A stretch of DNA of 64,000 nt from NCBI GenBank assembly GCA_030167865.1, contig JALAGF010004161.1:1-64000 (forward strand), read 5' to 3'. The position numbers were made by a program, and so were the translations under genes. This stretch comes from Craspedostauros australis (taxonomy: Eukaryota). Below, one piece after another: positions 57,609-64,000 of this stretch (within the stretch, counting starts at the first letter, position 1; each line of letters opens with the position of its first letter). The notes under the pieces were generated by a model. It was not told the DNA's origin. It did not search any database and was given only the letters and a program-made list of their open reading frames with translations.

Positions 57609-59112
57609 TCAGCTGACGACTTGCAGCAAGTCGTCCTTGTTTTGGCGCATGCGGCTGTGGATGTACAGCTTGACGCGCTTCACGTGCTTGTCCAGGTACG
57701 GGAGGAAGTTGACGACCGCGCACGTTGCATCGAGCGCGCGCTGCGGCGTGGCCACGTGCGACGGAAAGAACGTGAAGGAAAGATACCCGCAGCAAGATGC
57801 CGAAGCGATGGTGGAAGCTGCTGCACTTGCACCTGAAGCCGTGCCATCCTGCGCTTCAGCCATGCTGTCAGCGGCCATCAACGACATCACGAGGGACAGC
57901 TCTTGACTCACGTCGTCGGGTCTGCGGAACTCGCAGTGCGGGCTTTGGGAGATGGAGCGTTGCTCGCTTTGGAATTGCATGAGGAAGCGACGCGCCAGGG
58001 CCCATTCCAACTCGTCATCGTATTCGACAACGAAGATCGCCATGAATCTAGGCGTTTCAATGTTGTTGGACGCACCAACAAGGGCGGACCAACGGGTTGG
58101 GTGGACGCGTGGTCGTGTGGGAGGCAGAAAATAAAACAACAACAAGATGAGGAAACGAAGGTGTGAGGATGGCACGTATTCATGACGACAATGAGGCTGC
58201 TACTGAGCGCTGATCGTTGCTTGCGAAGCGCAGCATGCAGGCACTCGGGCTGCATGGGAAGGAATCAACTCACTTTTCCTTGGATGCGATGCAGTAGCAC
58301 ATCCCATGCGATGGATACATGCGGACGCAGTGAACATCCATCTTCGCGGTGCTCTTCGGTGGTGCTTTCACGGAACGTTTTGCAACCTTCGCTTCGATCG
58401 ACATCTGCTTCGCCAACGCTTTGGCAAGGATATCGTCGACGTCATCATCTCCATTGCCACTCGCGTTGGATTTTTGCGGCATCAGGGCCTCCAAGCCTTC
58501 GCGGATACCTGCGCCCAAGATGTGCACCCGTGTCATCGACAAGTGCTTGGCGTGCACGTCGGATGATCCCTTGTAGTTCCAAAGGAGCTTATCCAGCCGT
58601 ATGTGGACCGTGTAAGAGCCGTTGGCGCAAACGTCAAACACGGTGACAGCAAATGCGCCGTAGAGACGAGCAAGGGCACGTTCCACACGTTCAAGATTCG
58701 TGGTCGATGCCCGGTCTGGAACAGTGATGCTCAGCGTCAGCTCGTAGCTTGGATCGGCATCTTCCGAACACAAGGACGGGGCGCCCAAGGACTCTGCGTC
58801 TCCTCCACCCGAGGGCGCATCTTCGGCCGAACGGTTCGCGCCACGCTGGGATGGTCTACTCAGTGTGTATGAGATCCCGAAGTCCCGGATCATGTGATCG
58901 AATGGCACGACTGGAGGTACTGGAGTGTGCAAGCTTCCATCGCCTTCGTTTTGAACGAAGCCACGGCGTCTTGCCGCTTGGTCCTCAAGGAACCGCAGCA
59001 ACGGGAGTACGGTGATGTACAGCTCCCTGTTGTACAGTGGTACGTGGATGGAGCCGATCTTTACACCGGGTGCGATGCCCGCGCTTCTGCCGTTGGCGCC
59101 GTTGTCGTTCAT
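57609..59112 (-). CDS. ARPC2: Arp2/3 complex 34 kDa subunit (ARPC2/p34-Arc)-like protein; exons about 59112-58274 and 58047-57609
   Basis: Exon 2 reads RRFLMQF..SPHCEF..GYLSFTFFPSH..VVNFLPYLDKHVKRVKLYIHSRMR..LLQVV, matching the ARPC2 signature [32 protein letters not shown]..FLKVL. Exon 1 contains DFGISYTLS, LARLYG and YTVHIRL. Phase-2 intron 58273-58048 (GTGAGT...CCTAG). Start could be 59175. Confidence 0.8.
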
Positions 59113-60565
59113 GGCGCGAAAATGTGTGCTTGGTGTGCTGTTCTTCGTGGCGAAGGACGGCAGGACATGATCCATGGTGCCAAAGTTGGGCGTAACAAAC
59201 ACAAGCAGCAAGGACAGCAAGGGTAGAAGAGGTGGCAGCAACAGTCATAGCAACACCATTAGAATCATTGATGCACGAGTGTGCATTGTCGTCGCAATGC
59301 ACACACACGCATCGCAGTGTGCTTGCTCGTACACATTGTCCAACACAACATGGCGCGCCAAAACAAACGATGGCGCGAAGTGGATCGGTTCGCATCGAGC
59401 AGCACGACGAAGAGCGCGGTTCGAACCATGGCATGACCATGTCTCGCCTGTGTGTGTGTTTCACTTACTTTGCCTCCCGTAATGCAAAGGAGTGGAGCCC
59501 TTGCTTTGCCTCGTCTCGCCTTACTTGTTGCTGTGCTGTGCTCAGCTGTGTTCTGCTGCGCTGTCTTGTTGAGGAGCGCCGATCGGTGGGAAAGATGGTG
59601 CGGGTTGTGTTTGCGTTTGTGTTTCGTTTGCATTTGCGCACTGTTTCGTGCCCTCCCTACTTTATGACACAACGCTGCCCTTCGATGATCATGCATGAAG
59701 GAGGCGGATGCACATTCGTTGGCAACGACGACACCAGCAAGAACGATCCTCCTCTCACCCCACCACAGAACCGCACACGGAATTCCCGCTCTCGCTGAAG
59801 CCTGCCGAACCCGTGCTACGTGACATGGCACCGCGAAGTCTGTCCAGCTGCTCACATGTATCCAAGTCAACATCTGTATCCAAACATGTCGCGGTCTTGT
59901 TGATCAATGATTGGGAGAGCGACAGGACAGCAGGTGTGGTGCATCGTCGTTTGTTGTTGTCCCAGACGCGACAACAAGACCACATTTCCATGTTCGTTCT
60001 TGTTTCAATGCGTTTGCAAGTCGTGCATACTCTTCCACCAAGAAACCAACCGTCTGCACTCCCATCCGCAGGCTAAGTACCGTTTCAAATTTCGCGCCAT
60101 TTCTTGTTTGACTCGATTGACCAAAACAACCGCGCAACAGAATGCTGGAATGAAACTCTGGTTGTTGTTGTTGCTGTTGTGGTCGTGTGTGCGGTAACAC
60201 AGCCCAGCCAAGAACTGTGCGCATTCGCCATGTCGTCCATTGAGCCCATGGTGGTGTGAACATCTATGTTCCCATCCCGCCGCACTGATTGAGACGGATG
60301 GAGCAGTTCTGGTGTTTGAAGACATCTGCAATTATCATATTCTACAATAGAATACATTCGTACCATCAACCCACCTGTTCGTTGTCGAAGGCGTCGAGCG
60401 TAAAGAGGCGAAACGCCGTCCGGCCATCCTGGGATCATACTCATACTCACGCTCACACGAGGAAAGGCGGTATCGCTGTCACCGTCGCCGGGATTGTCAA
60501 CGCAACGACTGCTATCTCTGTGTCCTGAAAAGCGTGCGACGGCACCAGCGCTATCACAGCCTATC

Positions 60566-63500
60566 ATGGGATCTGAACAAACAGCCGCCCAATTGGAGAG
60601 TGCCAAGGCCCAACTTGAACAAAAGCAGAAGCTGTATGAGTACACGTTCGCAGAGCGCCAGCGGCTGGAACAACAAGTGGACGAGAAGAAGAGGCGGCTG
60701 TACCATCTCTACAACGACATACTGGAGAGGGAAAAGAAGATTGGGGAGCTAGAAGAGGTGAAAAGGATTCAAGAAGTGGAGGAGAGACAAGAAGAGGAGG
60801 AGAGCCGACAAAGGGAGCTACAAAAGAGACTGGAGCAGCAGCAACCGCAACGGCAACCGCAACAGCAACGATCACAGGAATCAGATCAACTCCGACAGCC
60901 TCTGTCCCAGTCACAGTCACACTCGCAAGAGGAGTCTTATGCAAGAAGACACGCCCCTCAACATCATGATGAGAACCGGTTGCCACCAAACCAACAACAG
61001 CAAGTGCGACAGCAACAACCACAAAGACATGTGGACGATGGCCCAAATGTCGTGACAAGCTTTGGTGGTCATGGCGAGGAGAATCAAACACTGACGATGC
61101 ATTCGGATGAAGAAATTCCAGACCCCACATCGCAGAACTCTCAACCTACGGAAGAGCAAGATAGAACAGCACCCAACAACTCGGGCAATTTCTTCGAACG
61201 AAGACGGCCTCCAACCCGCACTGGTCGGACAAGCGTGGATCAGCATTCCAATTCAATTAGCACATCGGCATCAGCAGCATCATCACCGCCAAATTCGGAA
61301 TCCAAGTCATCGCTGCAACGAAACTCGTCAATATCCAGCACGAACCGCTCGTCGCAATCGGGTCGTTGCGGCATCGCCATCGCGCCCCTGGAACTCATAG
61401 TCACGCCCACAAAACGCACCCATCGCAACCCCAACAGCAGAACCAGCAGCAATACCAACACCACATGCGATGGAAACAGCAACGCCACCAACCATGCTGC
61501 GAAAAGCATCTCGAAAGATCCTTCCACCCCATTTGCACCACCACAGCCACAACCACCACAACGCCGCGGCATCGAGGCCTTCTTCCCAAAACAAACCCAG
61601 AACACCCATACTTCGGCTGTCAGCTGCAGCGACCAAGATCACAGCACGCAGTACTCTCATTCTGCTGAGGCCGCCCCCGCAGCTGTTCCAGTTGCGACTC
61701 CTATTCCACAGTACCTGTCTGATGCATCCGTAGTTTCCGAACTTCCGCCGCCAGCATCTATACGTTCGCCAGCAGCAACATCAGCGTCAGCATCACTGTC
61801 AATGACAACGACAGCCTCAGCACACAGACAAATACGAGCAACCGCTCGAGCATCAAAGTCCCGAGCGCGATCGCCATCGCCACAGATACAAGAAGACCGC
61901 AAACCATCACAACGAAGCCTGGAAGACCGCAAACCGTCAGCAATCCAACCTCGCAGAGAGACCTGTCAATGGGACGACACTGTAGACTTCCTGCTGAAAA
62001 AGAACTTTAGGCTCAAAGAATTCCGAGAGTCCCAGCGTGCCATCATCGACGCAACACTGTCGCAACGTGATGTATTCGTCGTCATGAGAACGGGTGGCGG
62101 GAAATCGCTGACGTACCAACTGCCTGCGTTGTTGGAAGCGCGGTGCCAGATCGAGACGCCACCTCTTCGGTACCAAACGAAGCCGCCACCGCAGGTCACC
62201 TTCGTGGTGTCGCCGCTCCTGTCCTTGATCCATGATCAGGTGGAGCAGATGAACCAGTTTGCGCCGAATTCGGCGATCTCATTCACGTCCGACCTGAAGG
62301 GTGGGGCAGCCGAACACACCAGGCGTTGGAACCTCATTCGCGATCCGACCAAATCCGTGTGCCTGGTCTTCGTCACACCTGAGCGCATCGTCGCCAGCAA
62401 CAGGTTGCAGAGAGAATTGCAAAAATTGCACGACGCCAACCGATTGGGACGCTTCGTGATTGACGAATGCCACTGCGCCAGCCAGTGGGGGCATGACTTC
62501 CGACCCGATTACACCAAGCTGGGAATACTGAGGCAGCAGTTCCGTGACGTTCCCATCCTCGCCGTCACCGCCACAGCGTCAGAAGAGGTGCGCCAGGATG
62601 TCACCAAGATCTTGCAACTGGCTCCGAATCACAAATTCATCCGAACCACAGCGAATCGCCCCAACCTGACCTATTCCATTCGCTCCAAGGACGGATCAGC
62701 CAAGGCCACCATCGAAGACATGGTCAGCTTCATCAAGAAACATCACAACAAGGAGGCAGGAATCATCTACACGCACTCCAAGAAGGACGCGAACAATGTC
62801 TCCGACAAGCTCAACGACTACGGCATCTCCGCAGAGGCGTACCACAGTGACGTCGCCGCAGATGACAAGGCGTTCATCCATTCCAGCTGGATGAAGAATG
62901 AAACGCAGGTCGTGGTGGCAACCATCGCCTTCGGGTTGGGAATCAACAAGCCCGACGTGCGCTTTGTGCTGCATCACAGCATCTCCAAAACGCTGGAGGG
63001 ATATTACCAGGAAAGCGGCAGGGCCGGTCGGGACGGACTTCCCGCAGATTGCGTGCTCTACTACAGCCCAAAGGACATCACGAAGATGATCAGCATGATC
63101 AGCAACAACACCAATGCCGAGAGGAACCGAAATCTGTTTTGGAAGATGGCCAAGTACGCGCAGAACTGCGGCGACGACGAGCTGTGCCGTGCCACGATCT
63201 TGAATCATCTGAAGGACGCCAACGGTGCGCGGGTCCGGCGAGCTCAAGATCGCAACCCAAACGTGGAAACGAGACAAATCGGATCGCACGTGCAGACTGT
63301 CGTCCGGCTGCTGTACACAAAGCAGGAGGAGGGATCCCCGCTGACACTGGTGATGCTTGTCCAGAAATGGCGCGCGAAGCCTGCAAATGCGGATCCTCTT
63401 GTGCAGAGGAATCCTCCCAACAAAGACCTCACGACGACGGAATGCGAACGCATTGTGGCCGCGTTGCTCATCAAGGGTGTCTTCAAGACGAAGGTTGTCA

Positions 63501-64000
63501 CAAACAAGCACGGCTCCATCGTGTACTTGGAATGCCAAGAGGATAGCATCGATTACCTCCACTTCATGTCAGCGGAAAATCCATCATTCTCCATGCAGCT
63601 GCCGAAAAAAGAGTATTTGGCATCAATGCAAAGCGCAAGTGCCTCCCCGAAAGTAGCAAGGCGACGGACGACAAAAGCAGCAAAGGTGTCGGGAAGACGC
63701 GCGAAGAAAACAACTGCAGCCAAAAAGAAGCCAGCACGTCGCAAGAAGGCTGCACCGAAGAAACGCCGAGCATCATCGTCATCTACTTCTTCCTCCAAAC
63801 GCACCCCTGCAAAGCGGGCGAGAAGAACTTCGGTTCCAACAAAACGTGCAGCACCGGCAAAAGCAGCAGCAGCAGCAGCAAGCAAGAAGCCAACGGCGAA
63901 GCCAAGTCATGCGCCGGCCACGGAGGTCATCGACATTGAGTCATCGTCGGATGACGACGACGACGATAGCGATCAGTTCGAAGACGATAAAAGAATGCAG
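60566..64000 (+). CDS. RecQ-family ATP-dependent DNA helicase (RECQ1-like), 3'-truncated
   Basis: One open frame from 60566 to the window end (absent from the ORF track because it has no stop). Motifs FRESQRAII, MRTGGGKSLTYQLP, DECHCASQWGHDFRPDY, ATIAFGLGINKPDVR and YYQESGRAGRDG. About 470-aa coiled-coil/disordered N-terminus and Lys-rich C-terminal tail. Confidence 0.93.
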   Translation, partial: MGSEQTAAQLESAKAQLEQKQKLYEYTFAERQRLEQQVDEKKRRLYHLYNDILEREKKIGELEEVKRIQEVEERQEEEESRQRELQKRLEQQQPQRQPQQQRSQESDQLRQPLSQSQSHSQEESYARRHAPQHHDENRLPPNQQQQVRQQQPQRHVDDGPNVVTSFGGHGEENQTLTMHSDEEIPDPTSQNSQPTEEQDRTAPNNSGNFFERRRPPTRTGRTSVDQHSNSISTSASAASSPPNSESKSSLQRNSSISSTNRSSQSGRCGIAIAPLELIVTPTKRTHRNPNSRTSSNTNTTCDGNSNATNHAAKSISKDPSTPFAPPQPQPPQRRGIEAFFPKQTQNTHTSAVSCSDQDHSTQYSHSAEAAPAAVPVATPIPQYLSDASVVSELPPPASIRSPAATSASASLSMTTTASAHRQIRATARASKSRARSPSPQIQEDRKPSQRSLEDRKPSAIQPRRETCQWDDTVDFLLKKNFRLKEFRESQRAIIDATLSQRDVFVVMRTGGGKSLTYQLPALLEARCQIETPPLRYQTKPPPQVTFVVSPLLSLIHDQVEQMNQFAPNSAISFTSDLKGGAAEHTRRWNLIRDPTKSVCLVFVTPERIVASNRLQRELQKLHDANRLGRFVIDECHCASQWGHDFRPDYTKLGILRQQFRDVPILAVTATASEEVRQDVTKILQLAPNHKFIRTTANRPNLTYSIRSKDGSAKATIEDMVSFIKKHHNKEAGIIYTHSKKDANNVSDKLNDYGISAEAYHSDVAADDKAFIHSSWMKNETQVVVATIAFGLGINKPDVRFVLHHSISKTLEGYYQESGRAGRDGLPADCVLYYSPKDITKMISMISNNTNAERNRNLFWKMAKYAQNCGDDELCRATILNHLKDANGARVRRAQDRNPNVETRQIGSHVQTVVRLLYTKQEEGSPLTLVMLVQKWRAKPANADPLVQRNPPNKDLTTTECERIVAALLIKGVFKTKVVTNKHGSIVYLECQEDSIDYLHFMSAENPSFSMQLPKKEYLASMQSASASPKVARRRTTKAAKVSGRRAKKTTAAKKKPARRKKAAPKKRRASSSSTSSSKRTPAKRARRTSVPTKRAAPAKAAAAAASKKPTAKPSHAPATEVIDIESSSDDDDDDSDQFEDDKRMQ

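Overview
Eukaryotic nuclear DNA with GT-AG introns, microsatellites and AT-rich intergenic stretches. It is almost certainly from a diatom, probably a pennate (inference from ASAFAP-like plastid-targeting presequences, a DUF6824 protein, an 'RGLE' family protein and an M6 protease). About 25 protein-coding genes can be supported. They include a 5'-truncated GT34-like/sulfotransferase fusion, a Pirh2-like CHY-RING E3 ligase, a head-to-head LTO1 (VKOR-Trx)/parvulin pair, a cupin, three tandem paralogous small ORFs, two related coiled-coil genes and a 2OG-Fe(II) oxygenase. Further along are three paralogous GT11/fucosyltransferase-like genes, a CRAL-TRIO-like/DUF6824 protein, a GT-A glycosyltransferase, an M6 protease, GTPase Der, a RibD_C/DHFR-like protein, a DUF1810 fusion, an ARPC2-like gene and a 3'-truncated RecQ helicase. 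The main candidates for new biology are: (1) a spliced, divergent Arp2/3 subunit ARPC2 homologue in a lineage reported to lack ARP2/ARP3; (2) a concentration of Golgi-type glycan enzymes that could build a sulfated, fucosylated polysaccharide; (3) a triplicated unknown micro-gene unit. All family calls come from motif recognition by eye; no searches were run. No rRNA, tRNA, CRISPR array or intact transposon was recognised.
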